This document shows positions 38,158-50,460 of a DNA stretch of 64,000 nt, piece after piece. The stretch's first letter is position 1. Each line of letters starts with the position of its first letter. Origin of the DNA: Squalus acanthias (lineage: Eukaryota); NCBI GenBank assembly GCA_030390025.1, contig CM059432.1, positions 122,762,001-122,826,000 of the forward strand. Direction: 5' to 3'. The translations under genes and the position numbers were made by a program. Under the pieces are notes generated by a model. That model worked only from the letters and a program-made list of their open reading frames with translations. It searched no databases and had not been told where the DNA came from.

Positions 38158-39450
38158 CTTACTTAAACATTTTGTCCAACTCAAATAGTTTCTGGGCATG
38201 GAGAAGCCCATTCTGATTTAAAAAATGGCAGAAACAATTGTGGTTTGGTGGAGTGGTTTGTTGGTGTACTTGAGCTCTGTGCCACAGAACCATGGTAGTA
38301 ACACCTTTGCATGGAAGCTTCCAAATATAGCCGGATATTGAGGGAGGTGTCGAGTAAATGCCAGTTTGGCAGAAAGGTTATAGCAGGTCTCTTGACTACC
38401 TTCTCAACTGGGGAATGGTACATAGTTGAGGAAAGACAAGAGCCCAGAAATTTTATGGTGCTACGCCCATTTTTCAAGCTCAAAGCGGGCGCCTAAGCAT
38501 TAAATATGGCAGATGGGGCATGACTGCTTATTAAGAACTGGAAGTGCGCCACTTGCCACACTGGATTAGGGTCCGTAAGCGTCCAGGGCACACGCCAGAA
38601 CTATTTAAAATGATGAATAAAATATTAAAATTAGGGTGCTATGCTTGTTGTCGGACCTTTTTCTGATATTGGTATGTCCCAGCTCCGGACTCGCTATGTG
38701 ATAGCCTCACCCAGCAACTCATGGCGTTAACATGCAGGAAGGACCCTTCAGCAGCACTATTTAAAGAGCCCATCCATTATTTACAGGTTAGTTGCTGGTT
38801 TGTCATTTGAGGTTGCTGTTTAGCATCTGGATATTTTTAGCGTGTTTTCTGACGGTGAAAGTTTAATTCTGGCTGCTGAGAAGATTTTGCTAGTGCTGCA
38901 CTGTTTTTGGCTGCCTTAACAACAGTTGTACTGGAGACATGGGTTGTCTCATAGGGCTGCCTTTGGGGCTGGGGGATGAGAGGGAGCAGCAACGAAGACA
39001 GGAGAGAGCAGGAACAACTGGGACAGAGGGAGGAGGAGGGCACTGCTGCAGGAGGCCGTACCCACAGTAAGTATTCAGGGGGCACTTCTCCTACCTCAAC
39101 TTTACTCAGGAGAAATGTCTCAGGTGCCTTTACTTCACCAAGGAGGCTGTCACCAGCTATGTCACCTTCTGCAGCCACAACTCGAGCCTCGCACCAGGGC
39201 ATAGACAGTGCTATCTGTGGCTGTCAAGGTCATCATTCCTTTAACTTTTATGCCACGGGATCCGTTCAAGCTGCAACATATGACATCATCAACATCTCGC
39301 AGTTCTTGGTGCACCAATACATCAGGGAGGTCACCAAGGCTTTCTACACCAGGAGAAACAGCAACATCTCCTTTTCTATTGCCAGAGAGAAGCTGGACAA
39401 GAGGGAACCGAGGTTTTGCCTGCACGGCAATCTTCCCCATGCAGCAAGGT

Positions 39451-42400
39451 AGAATCATAGAATGGTTACAGCACAGAAGGAGGCCATTCGGCCCATTGAG
39501 CCCGTGTAGACTCTCTGCAAAAGCACTTCAGCTAGTCCCACTCCCCCGCCCTTTCCCCATAGCCTGGCAAATTTCTTTCTTTCAGGTACTTATCCAATTC
39601 CCTTTTGAAAGCCACGATTGAGTCTGCCTCCATCACCCTTTCAGGCAGTGCATTCCAGATCCTAACCACTTGCTGTGTAAAAAAGTTTTCCCTCATGTCG
39701 CTTTTGGTTCTTTTGCCAATTACCTTAAATCTGTGTCCTCTGGTTCTTGACCCTTCTGCCAATGGGAACAGTTTCTCTCTATCTACTCTGTCTAGACCCC
39801 TCATGATTTTGAATACCTCTATCAAATCTCCTCTCAACCTTCTCTGCTCTAAGGAGAACAACCCCAGCTTCTCTAGTCTATCCACGTAACTGAAGGCCCT
39901 CATCCCTGGAACCATTCACATAAATCTTTTCCGCACCCTCTCTAAGGCCTTCACATCCTTCCTAAAGTGCAGTGCTCAGAAATGGACACAATACTCCAGT
40001 TGAGGCCGAACCAGTGCTTTATAAAGGTTCATCATAACTTCCTTGCTTTTGTACTCTGTGGGGGAGAAATTGCGTAGCGCCCCGTTTGGGGTGATAACTT
40101 TTGCGGTAGCCCAAGGTCAAGGGATGGGCTGCCGGGAACGGAGGCTCCTTCCCTCCATTAAAGGGAAGGGCCATCGCTACAGACTCTGCATGGAAAGGAG
40201 GTCCCTCGTTGCCGACGGCAGCCGCGATCTGTGATGATCCAAGCAGAGTGCAGGGCTGATCGATCACGGCCAAGGAAAAGGCTGAAAAATTGATGTAGCG
40301 CATTCAGAACGTTTTTTCATTGACACAACCATCATCCCCTTTAATTAGCGCTCCCCAAGCGCCCGGCCTCCCTAACAACGCCTCCAGCGGCTGTTGGTGT
40401 TGTCGCCCAGCAATGCTGCAGGGGGAGGAACCGAAGATCGGGTCCAGGGCGCTACCGGAGCAATGCGCAGCACGCTGTCCGGGTGCAGGAGATCGTGGCG
40501 ATCGGGGTTACCGGCACCGCAAACCTCGACGGGAATTTTGCAGGCGTCGGTACTCTTGCTGCACCCAGTCGCAAAGCCGGTAGTGCTCCGTTATTGCCCC
40601 CCCCCACCCCGAGGTGCTAATGGGAGGCGCAAAGGAGGTGAATTTCTAGCCTTATGTCTCTATTTATAAAGCCCAGGATCCCATATGCTTTTTTAACCGC
40701 TGTCTGAACCTGCTCTTCCACCTTCAATGATTTGTGCACATATACCCCCAGGTCTCTCTGTTCATGCACCCTCTTTAGAATTGTACCCTTTAGTTTATAT
40801 TGCCTCTCCTCGTTCTTCCTATCAAAATGTATCACTTCGCACTTTTCTGCGTTAAATTTCATCTGCCACGTGTCCACCCATTTCACCAGCCTGTCTATGT
40901 CTTCTTAGTACCAACCCCTAGGGAACACCACTGTATACCTTCCTCCAGTCCAAAAAACAACCGTTCACCAGTACAGTCAGTTTCCTGTCACTTAGCCAAT
41001 TTCGTATCCATGCTGTCACTGTCGCCTTTTATTTCATGGGCTTCAACTTTGCTGGCAGGCCTATTATGTGGCACTTTATCAAACGCCTTTTGGAAGTCCA
41101 TGTACACCACATCAACCGCATTGCCGTCATCAACCCTCTCTGTTACCTCATCAGAAAATTTGATCAAGTTAGTTAAACATGATTTGCCTTTAACAAATCC
41201 GTGCTGGCTTTCCTTAATTAATCCACACTTGTCCAAGTGATTGTTAATTTTGTCCCAGATTATCGTTTCTAAAAGCTTCCCCACAACCAAAGGTTAAACT
41301 GTCTGGCCTGTAGTTGCTGGGTTTATCCTTACACCCTTTTTTGAACAAGGGTGTAACATTTGCAATTCCCCAGTCCTCTGGCACCACCCCTGTATCTAAG
41401 GAGGATTGGAAGATTATGGCCAGTATCTCTGTGATTTCCACCTTAACTTCCCTCAGCATCCTAGGATGCATCCCATCCAGTCCTGGTGACTTATCTACTT
41501 TAAGTACAGCCAGCCTTTCTAGTACTTCCTCTTTATCAATTTTTATCCCATCTAGTATCTCCACTACCTCCTCTTTCGCTATGACTTTGGCAGCATCTTC
41601 TTCATTGGTGAAGACAGATGCAAGGTATTCATTTAGTACCTCAGCCATGCCCTCTGCCTCCATGCGCAGGTCTCCTTTTTGGTCCCTAGTTGGCCCTACC
41701 CCTCCTCTTGCTACCCATTTACTATTTATATGCCTATAGAAGACTTATGAATTCCCTTTTATGTTAGCTGCCAATCTATCCTCATACTCTCTCTTTGCCT
41801 CTCTTATTTTCTTTTTCACTTCCCCTCTGAACTTTCTATATTCAGCCTGATTCTCACTTGTATTCTCAACCTGACATCTGTCATACACGCTCTTTTTCTG
41901 CTTCATCTTACTCTCTATCTATTTCGTCATCCAGGGAGCTCTGACTTTGGTTGCCCTACCTTTACCTCTCGTGGGAATGTACCTCAACTGTACCCGAACT
42001 ATCTCCTCTTTAAAGGCAGCCCATTGTTCAATTACAGTTTTGCCTGCCAATCTTTGATTCCAATTTATCCAGGCCAGATCCATTCTCAACCCATTGAAGT
42101 TGGCCTTCCTCCAATTAAGTATTTTTACTCTAGATTACTTCCTGTCCTTTTGCATAGCTAATCTAAACCTTATGATACTATGATCACTGTTCCCTAAATG
42201 TTTCCCGACTGACACTTGCTCCACTTGCCCCATCTCATTCCCCAGAACCAGATTCAGCAATGCCTCCTTCCTCATTGGGCCAGAAACATACTGATAATGA
42301 AAGGTCTCCTGAACACACTTCAGAAATTCTCCCCCCTCTCTGCCCTTTATACTATTACTATCCCAGTCTATATTAGGATAGTTGAAGTCCTCTATTATCA

Positions 42401-42815
42401 CTACTCTATAGTTCTTGCACCTCTCTGTAATTTCCCTGCAAATTTGCTCCTTTATATCCTTCCCACTAGTTGGCGGCCTAAAGAATACGCCTAGTAGTGT
42501 AATGGCACCTCTATTATTTCTTAACTCTATCCAAATAGATTCTGTCTTTGACCCCTCCAGGACATCCTCTCTCCTCAGCACCCATCCGGCCTGTACCAAT
42601 GTTGTTGATACCTATATGGACTCACCCACCAATCACCTACCTACTGTCTTGTGACGTCACTCCTTATTTTTTGCTGTTCTTTTGGAATTCGCAGGATTTG
42701 TACTGCCTCCAGTGCTGTCAACTCCTTTCAGGTCCACGCTGTCCTCGGGTCCCGCTTTCTTTATTCTCTGCCTCCAGTGCTGCTGACTCCTTTCAGGTCC
42801 GCCCTGCCGACTACC
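39451..42815 (-). mobile_element. CR1 LINE with 5'UTR but large internal deletions
   Basis: EN (ESIWIELRN, EDFNYP, GNSDH), RT (KSPGLDGMHP, MDFQKAFDKVPH), tail AGAATCATAGAAT; 5'UTR motif GTGACGTCAC...GGTAGGTGATTGG shared with 26783-26820; GGT duplicated at the junctions. Confidence 0.9.
40060..40652. mobile_element. Non-autonomous Harbinger element nested in CR1
   Basis: TIRs GGGGGAGAAATT / AATTTCTAGCCT; flanks TGT / TAT; right arm related to 6430-6726. Confidence 0.8.
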
Positions 42816-43494
42816 GGTGCCATTGACTGCACACACATTGTCTTGCATTCTCTCCATCACCAGCCTTGTAAATAGAAAGAGCTTCCATTCCCTCAATGCT
42901 CAGTTGGTTTGCGACCACAGGTAGCGCATCATGCAGGTCTGTGTCCAGTTGCCTGGCTGCATGATTCGTTTCTCCTTTGCCAGATCTCTGTGTTGCCTTT
43001 GTTCCAACCAGGCTGTCAGGTTACAAGCTGGGCCGCAACAAGTGCAGGAGCAGCATGAAGAGGAGGAAGAGCAGTGGTTGCATCGAGCACCAGTGTCCCT
43101 AACTGCCAGAGCTCTCAGAGAACAACTCTTTCAAGAGCGCTTCACCTGAACCATCCCCAATACACCAACAGTAATTAATCCTTAACACCACTGTCCTTAT
43201 GATCACCATCTGACTGCCTTCCTTCAGTCCGGTCTTATGGGTCTTGCTTCTCTTCACTCCAAATATATACACCAACACCAAATCCAGAGCAAAATTTAAA
43301 TTTATCAAACAACTCAAATCTACCTGTACCTAATAGTTAACAGAAATAATTAAGAATTACCTTTGTGCAAGCCCTTAGTGCCTGTTTTCGTTTACCTATC
43401 CCACTGCTCCTACAAAGTGCTTTCCTGGTGGCTACAGGGAGTTTTGTGAGCAGTGAGGCTAAAGGTGTGAGCAGAAAGTAAGAGAACAGTAGTC

Positions 43495-43730
43495 TTACCT
43501 TGACAACTCTGGTGAGGTCATTGAACTTTGCAGTCATGCCCTAAGAGCTAAGCTTCTGGCATTAACCTCTTCTGCAACTGCTTCCCACTGGTGGCAGAGG
43601 TGTTGCTGGAGGGCTTTCTGCCTCTTGGGGGGACCAGGTTCTCCCTCCTCCTGTCTGCCACCTGGTCCAGGGCCTCCAAAGCAGCATTGGAGAAATTAAG
43701 GGCCTGATCTGTAGGTCTTGCATCCATTTC
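43495..43730 (-). pseudogene. Harbinger Myb/SANT-like protein remnant
   Basis: MDARPTDQALNFSNAALEALDQVADRRRENL...KFNDLTRVVK followed by a GTAAGA donor. Confidence 0.75.
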
Positions 43731-45024
43731 TCTCCTTACAAGCGTTCTCCGCTGTCTACAGCCAGAGAGCACCTCCCCTTTAAGAGATGCTGGCTGCCTT
43801 TAAGTGGCGTTAGAGATGCCCGATTTCCACCCCCCAATCAGCCACGCAGCCAATGAATAGTTGCGCTGACTGCACGATGGAATCATTTTAACGAATTTAG
43901 CGTGCTGTCCGGGACCACGTGAATAGGTGCGTGCAATGCGTGCCCGGCCCCCCTGCAGCCCATTTTCAGGTGCAATCAAATTTCCTGGCCAACGTTTCTT
44001 TTGTGCGGTTTGCGTAATGAAATTAAGCCATTCTTTATAAACAGGTTTAGAATTTTGTGTGGCGCACAGAGTGAAACTTTCAAATAAATACTTTCAAATA
44101 AATACAAGTTTTCTCTTTTTTCCTAGAGCCCAGGTTTCTCCATCAGTGTTATTTAAACTCTGCAGGCTGGATGTGTGATTTGGTGATTCTGCAATCCTGC
44201 ACTGCTTTCACAGGGAGCACACATTAGAGAATCAGAGCTTCAGTGCTGTAGTCTTATCTCCATTCCTTGCTCTCCGTCGGCAGGGCTTCCCACTGGGAGC
44301 ACAGAATCTGGAATCACCCTTTTAGACTGGAACATTTAGCCAGTGGCTTGTAATGGCAAACAAAGTAAACTGCCTCCTTCTGTGTGATTTTCTAAGTGCC
44401 TGGTGAAACACTGCAGTGCCCCATAATTATCTTTATATCATGGGCTGCATTGCCTAGCGCATGGAACAACACTGGGGAGATATGATTTTAACATGAGTAT
44501 CTTCTTTTCTTTTCTGGGCATAACAGAATGTGTTCACCGTTCAGCAATAACAATTGTAGTCCCTTCAATCATGCTCCAGAAAATTGTATTCTACATAGCA
44601 AAGGTTTGCCCATCAACCACCCTGTCATCAAAAGACAGGAAATCTAAACTAACTATTTAAAATATTCCTTGCATTCACAGCCATGGCAACAACTACACAA
44701 TCAATTTTTTTTTGCTCCTTTTGAAAGACATCACGTCTTCTGTTGGATCACAGTGGCTCCACATGTCACACCATTTAAATCTGTGTCTGCATTGTTTTTA
44801 ATATCTGTTTAACTTTCTCTAACCTTTGAAGTTTTTAATTTATTGATGCTTGCATTCAACAAAATGTATGTCAGGAGTGATATTTATCCAATGCATGGAC
44901 TTGGCTTAATTTCATTCCTCAGGTATTGATGGCCAGGTCCACTCAGGAGATCAATATTCTATCCACTGGGTCCCGAATAAGTATCCTTTTTAGTTCCTGA
45001 TATAACAGTGAACCAAAGAAACTT

Positions 45025-46500
45025 ACCAGTGAAAACATTGCCTTCTCAACACAATACTTTTCCGAAGCCAGAAATGCATTAAGGTTACCTGTTCATCCTT
45101 GGCTTCCAATTAGAAGCCAAAACCCAGGCGTGAAGAGGAGAGGTCAGCATTGTAAGTACACAGACAGGTCTTTAGCAACTGATCAGTAGATTGCTCATTA
45201 TGAATTGTTTTCACAGATCTACTTTTGTTTGTTATGTGAGCATAACAGAACACTCTTCCTCTGAACAATGCAAACTATCACATTACGACTGGCTCCAGCA
45301 GGTACCCAATATTTCCAGGTGTATAACGTTATTGAGATGATTATCTGGTCTTATCACAGTGTTGGTGGCACCATAGTGTGCACAGTGCGCATTTCGCAAT
45401 GGAAGATGACTTCCTATGATTTCACGATTCAGATAGTTTAAGTTAACAAGCTCCCTCCACATATTGTCCCAGGTAGAGGAAATGCTCTTCATGCATGGGC
45501 AGGACACCTGGCAAGTCAACAGCTCTTAAAGAGCTGCTGCTCACAATTAAAAGATGGCTACAGTGAAACCGTGGAACACAGTATTGAAATGAGAAGATAT
45601 TGCAGGACAAAAGGCAAAGGAGCAGGTCTGCCCCATTTGAGGAAACTGCCTTAGAGGGTGGAGATGGCAAACAGAGTGAATGTTGTTGTCTTCATCCATA
45701 CGCTTTTGCAACCATTGCCCACAAACTTGCTATGAGGAAGCTGCCCTCCAAATTCTGGGAGTGAGGGAGGAGGAGATCAGAGGCCATCTGCTAGCTCAGG
45801 CTTAGTGCTCTCTTTTGCTCATTATTGTCTCTCCCCAGCTCGTTCACTCACTGACACAACAAGCATACAGTGCACTACAGCAGTATAACAGCGAAGTTAC
45901 AGTGGAGCAACTCCAAGAAAGTTCACGGCCAATATCTTGCCACGTAATCTTTGTTGGAAGGGAGTAACCTATTGCTAGCATTCTAGCATATCTTCTTCTT
46001 CTGCTCACATAGTTCTCCGTGAGTAGAAAACCCAGAAAGAAATGTCTACCCTGTCCCCAGATCATCAAAGCACACTGTATCACTCATTCCCACAGTAGCA
46101 ATGGTATGTCCGCCCCAGGGATTTTAGGTATTACCTTTCAGAAGGGAGCACTGGGTGAGTTGCAGAGCACAAGTGAGGAGAAACAAGTAGAGGTGGCATC
46201 AGAGGATCAGAAACCTGCTGCCCAAAGGCCCAGCTTGAGTCTATCTTCAGATGCTGAGCCCAGGGATTGGAATCTCACAAGTCCTGTCTATAAATGGAGC
46301 ATCATATCTGAGCATAAGCATTTAAAGCAGTTATTTCAGTGCGTGCCAAGCACTCTGAAAGGTAAGGGGTGACCACGGAAGAGTCCGCTACCTGCATCTC
46401 TGCAGTAATGCATAACAGCCGTACCTGTTGTGAAACTTGTCCGAAGCTATGGCTAAAGAAGAGACTGCATAATTCCAGTGAAGTGTAAGCAGGGACAGCA
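45025..46500. pseudogene. Possible ancient Harbinger remnant (transposase -, Myb +)
   Basis: Weak motifs only: minus HFLYL, LLFTPGFWLLIGSQG, YCVEKAM; plus KRQRSRSAPFEETALE, VEMANRVN, TTEESATCISAVM. Confidence 0.35.
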
Positions 46501-47548
46501 GATCCCATCAGACATGTCGAGATAGCTGTGCCTGGGATTGTAGATACAGCTGGTTGGGTAAGGATGCGTGTGGGGAATCTACCTCAGGTGTAACCCACCT
46601 CCCTCTCATCTGTAATAGAATCACAAAGCACAGCAGGAGGCCATTCGGCCCACCATGCCTGTGCCGGCTCTTTGAAAGAGCGATCCAATTAGTCCCACTC
46701 CCCTGTTCTTTCTCCAGAGTCCTGGAAATTAGCTGTACAAATGGATTCACAATCACTTTCTACCAATGTTGCTCTCCTGTTTACGTACGTCTACTTTTTT
46801 GTAGACACACAGGGGACTAAATGTAGACACAAAGGGGACCTTTGTTTTCAGCTCCTGCGTCTAGAATTACAAACAGGTCCGAGATTTGTGTCAGACTATT
46901 TAAATACCTCAGATTGACTGATGCAGCAATAATGAGATAACTTAAAGCTGTGTTTATTATCCAAATATCCTCCAATCCTTTTTCTTTTCCCTCTCCAAAA
47001 TGATCAGATTAGAAAGTATACAGAGTGGGATGCCCATCTATTAGGGTTGCAGGAACTTAAATTGCAGTTGCCAACAAATCAGAGGTACAAAATACAAGGC
47101 ACCCAAAAACTTGCAAAAAAGCAAAAAGTAGGCCAGAAACCAAACCGGAAGCCCATGCAATGAAAAATATGCAAAAATGTTAGCTGATTGATGCAGGAAA
47201 ACTATCGCCTGAAGGTTATAGACTTTTACAGTCTCTCCTGGATGTTATTGCTATTTCTCTGATTCTATTACAACTCTCCTGAACAACTTACTCATCAACT
47301 GGCTGGAGTCATACCTAGCACAAAGGAAGATGGTTGTGGTGGTTGGAGGTCAATCATCACAGCCCCAGGACATCGCTGCAGGAGTTCCTCAGGGCCGTGT
47401 CCTAGGCCCAACCATCTTCAGCTGCTCCATCAATGACCTTCCCTCCAACATAAGGTCAGAAATGGGGATGTTCGTTGATGACAGCACAGTGTTCAGTGCC
47501 ATTCGCAACTCCTCAGATAATAAAGCAATCCATGCCCACATGCAACAG

Positions 47549-48571
47549 GTTACCTGACGAAGGAGCAGCGCTCCGAAAGCTCGTGATTTCAAATAAAACT
47601 GTTGGGGGTAAAAATTCACTTGGTTGTGCCTCCCGTTAGCGCCTTAAGAGGGCGCTAATGGGGCGCAAAGCCACTAATGCCCGGGCGCAGCGATGTTTGC
47701 GCCGCTCGAGAACTTAACTTGAGATTGTGCAGCGGCGCTAAAACTTACCACTGCGACCACCTGCGCGCGCAGATTGTGACGTCATTCCATGGTGCAACGC
47801 CCTTGTGGCGCCCCGTAGCGGAAATTGAGTGGCGCCCCCTGCCTTACCGCCTGGCGCTTCCAACGACCAGAAGACTGGAACGCTATCAATCGCTGTGGGG
47901 CTGGGGGGGGCGCTATTTAAAGGGGGCCTCTTCCTGTCTTTTATTGTTGGTGGCATTTTTGAACTACGCATTCTGAGAGAGAGAGGGAGAGACTTCTGGA
48001 GAGATTCAACGTTGTGTGAAGGAGTTTTGGGTACTGAGCAGCACTTTGCAGATTCATTTTGATTTGCCATTCCTTGTATCGATTTAGCAGAGACTGTGGG
48101 AGCTGCACTCTGAGCTCTTTGCCTGGTACTCTCCATTGTTCTTTCCAGCACATTTGATGTGCAAGTCTCTCCAGGCCGAGATTCAAGGCTGCAATGAACA
48201 GGATGTGGATGGAAAGCAAGATTAACCATCCCCTTTAAGAACTGGCCCGTGCCATTGTGTGTGTGTTCCATTGCTGACTGACATTACATGAGCTTCGCCA
48301 GCGCTCTGAGTTAGCGCCTCACTGCTCGGCCTTTGTGCCTTAAGACAGGTGTGCAGCGCCTGCTTTAGCGCTCCACTCACCTCCCGGGGCGGTAAAAGTG
48401 AAGTTTCCTGTCAGTGCCGATAATTAGCGCCAGGCGCTAATATTTGCGTCCGGATGCTATTTGCGCCCCAAATGGGGCGCGACCTAATTTCTACCCCAAG
48501 GACTATAACCTGGTGTTGTGCGACTTCTCATTTTTGTCCACCCCAGTCCAACACCGGCATCTCTGCATCAT
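47549..48571 (+). mobile_element. Penelope-type terminal repeat with hammerhead (47552-47590), split by a Harbinger MITE
   Basis: CTGACGA-AGGAGCAGCGCTCC-GAAAGCTC; continues GACTATAACCTGGTGTTG...CCGGCATCTCTGCATCAT at 48501-48571. Confidence 0.8.
47605..48497 (-). mobile_element. Non-autonomous Harbinger element (family of 5870-6726)
   Basis: TIRs GGGGTAAAAATT / AATTTCTACCCC; reverse-complement paralog of 5870-6726. Confidence 0.88.
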
Positions 48572-50266
48572 ATCTCCAACAAGCGAGAGTCTAACCACTG
48601 CCCCTTGACATTCAACGGTATTACCATTGCCAAATCCCCCACCATCAACATCCTGGGGGTCACCATTGGCCAGAAACTTAACTGGACCAGCCACATAAAT
48701 ACTGTGGCAACAAGAGCAGGTCAGAGGCCAGGTATTCTGCGGCAAGTGTCTCACCTCCTGACTCCCCAAAGCCTTTCCACCATCTACAACGCACAAGTCA
48801 GGAGTGTGATGGAATACTCTCCACTTGCCTGGATGAGTGCAGCTCCAACAACACTCAAGAAGCTCGACACCATCCAGGACAAAGCAGCCCGCTTGATTGG
48901 CACCCCATCCATCACCTTAAGCATTCACTCCCTCCACCACCAGCGTACCATGGCTGCAGTGTGTACCATCTACAAGATGCACTGCAGCAACTCGCAAGGC
49001 TTCTTCAGCAGCACCTCCCAACCCCGCAACCTCTTCCACCTAGAAGGAAGAGGGCAGCAGGTGCATGGGAACACCACCACCTCCAAGTTCCCCTCCAAGT
49101 CACACACCATCCTGACTTGGAAGTATATCGCCGTTCCTTCATCGTCGCTGGGTCAAAATCCTGGAACTCCCTCCCTAACAGCACTGTGGGAGTACCTTCG
49201 CCACATAGACTGCAGCGGTTCAAGAAGGCAACTCATCACCACCTTCTCAAGGGCAATTAGGGAAGGGCAATAAATTCTGGCCTTGCCAGCGATGCCCACA
49301 TCCCATGAACGAATAAAAAAAAAGAAAAGGGAAAAAAAGGGCGTTAACCAATTGCAAAGCCTGTGTCATCCATCACGTAATGATGTCTCTGTACCCTGTG
49401 TGAAATCTGACTCCCTTTTCCTTGTATTTCTTAGTTTGTAATCCAAAGCACAATCTTTCATGTATTTCTCTTTACGCTCATTGTCAAAACGAAATGAACA
49501 CCAGGGGCAGGATAAGAGATTATCCAGTGGTTAGGCCCAACTTTAATACTTGCACATTATTTAGTCAGGTCTGCTCCGAAGATATAGGTTCCAGGTATGA
49601 CGTGTCTGTGCCCCAGAGCTGCTCCATTTACTTGCACTGAGTTATCGTTACGGGTCCACCTAGATGCCAACCTGGAGGAACTCATTCTACGAGGAGTTAG
49701 CTCTGACTGAGCACAGGGTTAGATTCAGAATGGTTGACCTGTCTCCTCCTGTACCTATTTTAATTTTGCCTGAGCCGGGCACCACTTAATCAGCATTCAG
49801 GCCTAGTCATCGCAATCATTCTGTCATGTACCTACAACGTATAAGGTTAGAGCAGTGTGAGTGGGGATACAAAATAGTTGTTCTTCAGGAGCAGTAATTG
49901 ATAGACTAAATTGAAATGAATGGAGATGATGTTGGCCTGATTTTCTTTTTAATTATACAGTTGGGAGAGTACTTTGTACTGAAAATATTTCCCCAGACTC
50001 TCCTTCTTCAAATATTAATAGACAGTAACTGACTCATCTGAACTGGTCTACTTAAGATAAGGCAACTCAATTTGAAAGAGGAGCCTGCAAAAGTAAGTTT
50101 TTCGGCTGTCCCATTATCAGCTGCCTGGAATAGTTCATTCACAGTTTCTGCTACTGTTTCAGTTGCTGCCATGTTCCATTGGCCTGTTTCAATTTTCAAA
50201 ATTCACTGCCCCAGCTTTACAGAAAAGGGTAACTTTTCATTGTCACTGATGCATTGATGTGTTAAC

Positions 50267-50460
50267 GGCTCTGATATTTATTTGGGGCCATGCAGAGAGC
50301 GTGGAGGAGGATTTCCGCTGGAAGTACGGGTTTCCCGGACGTCCTGCAGAAATTAACAGCAGGACGTTTCTTTAATTTTTTCAGCAGATGTCCCGCCTGA
50401 TTGACAGGCTGCCTGCCTGATGGTGGGAAAGCAGCCAAGGAGCGGATGCCCGGTAAGTAG
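50267..50460. mobile_element. Left arm of a Harbinger-type non-autonomous element
   Basis: GGCTCTGATATT start; GGAAGTACGGGTTTCCC motif shared with 55950-56100; runs into the G-rich array; no right TIR seen. Confidence 0.65.

Larger units (their letters stand above)
38939..43150 (+). pseudogene. Harbinger transposase remnant (segments 38939-39450 and 42816-43150)
   Basis: FRGHFSYLNFTQEKCLRCL, LSVAVKV, FNFYATGSVQAAT; removing the CR1 restores FPMQQG|AIDCTH; then NRKSFHSLNAQLVCDH. Confidence 0.85.
38441..43990 (+). mobile_element. Second decayed autonomous-type Harbinger, split by a 3.4-kb CR1
   Basis: TIRs AGCCCAGAAATT / AATTTCCTGGCC; transposase remnants on +, Myb remnant on -. Confidence 0.85.
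47298..49323 (+). mobile_element. Second copy of the CR1-group LINE (5'-truncated) with nested insertions
   Basis: Collinear with 34700-35985; ends GAATAAAAAAAAA. Confidence 0.88.

Noticed and set aside
45283..45519. DIRS RNase H-like motif (VIRPDN)
   Set aside because: Single short motif with no RT or tyrosine recombinase context; a Harbinger relic fits slightly better.
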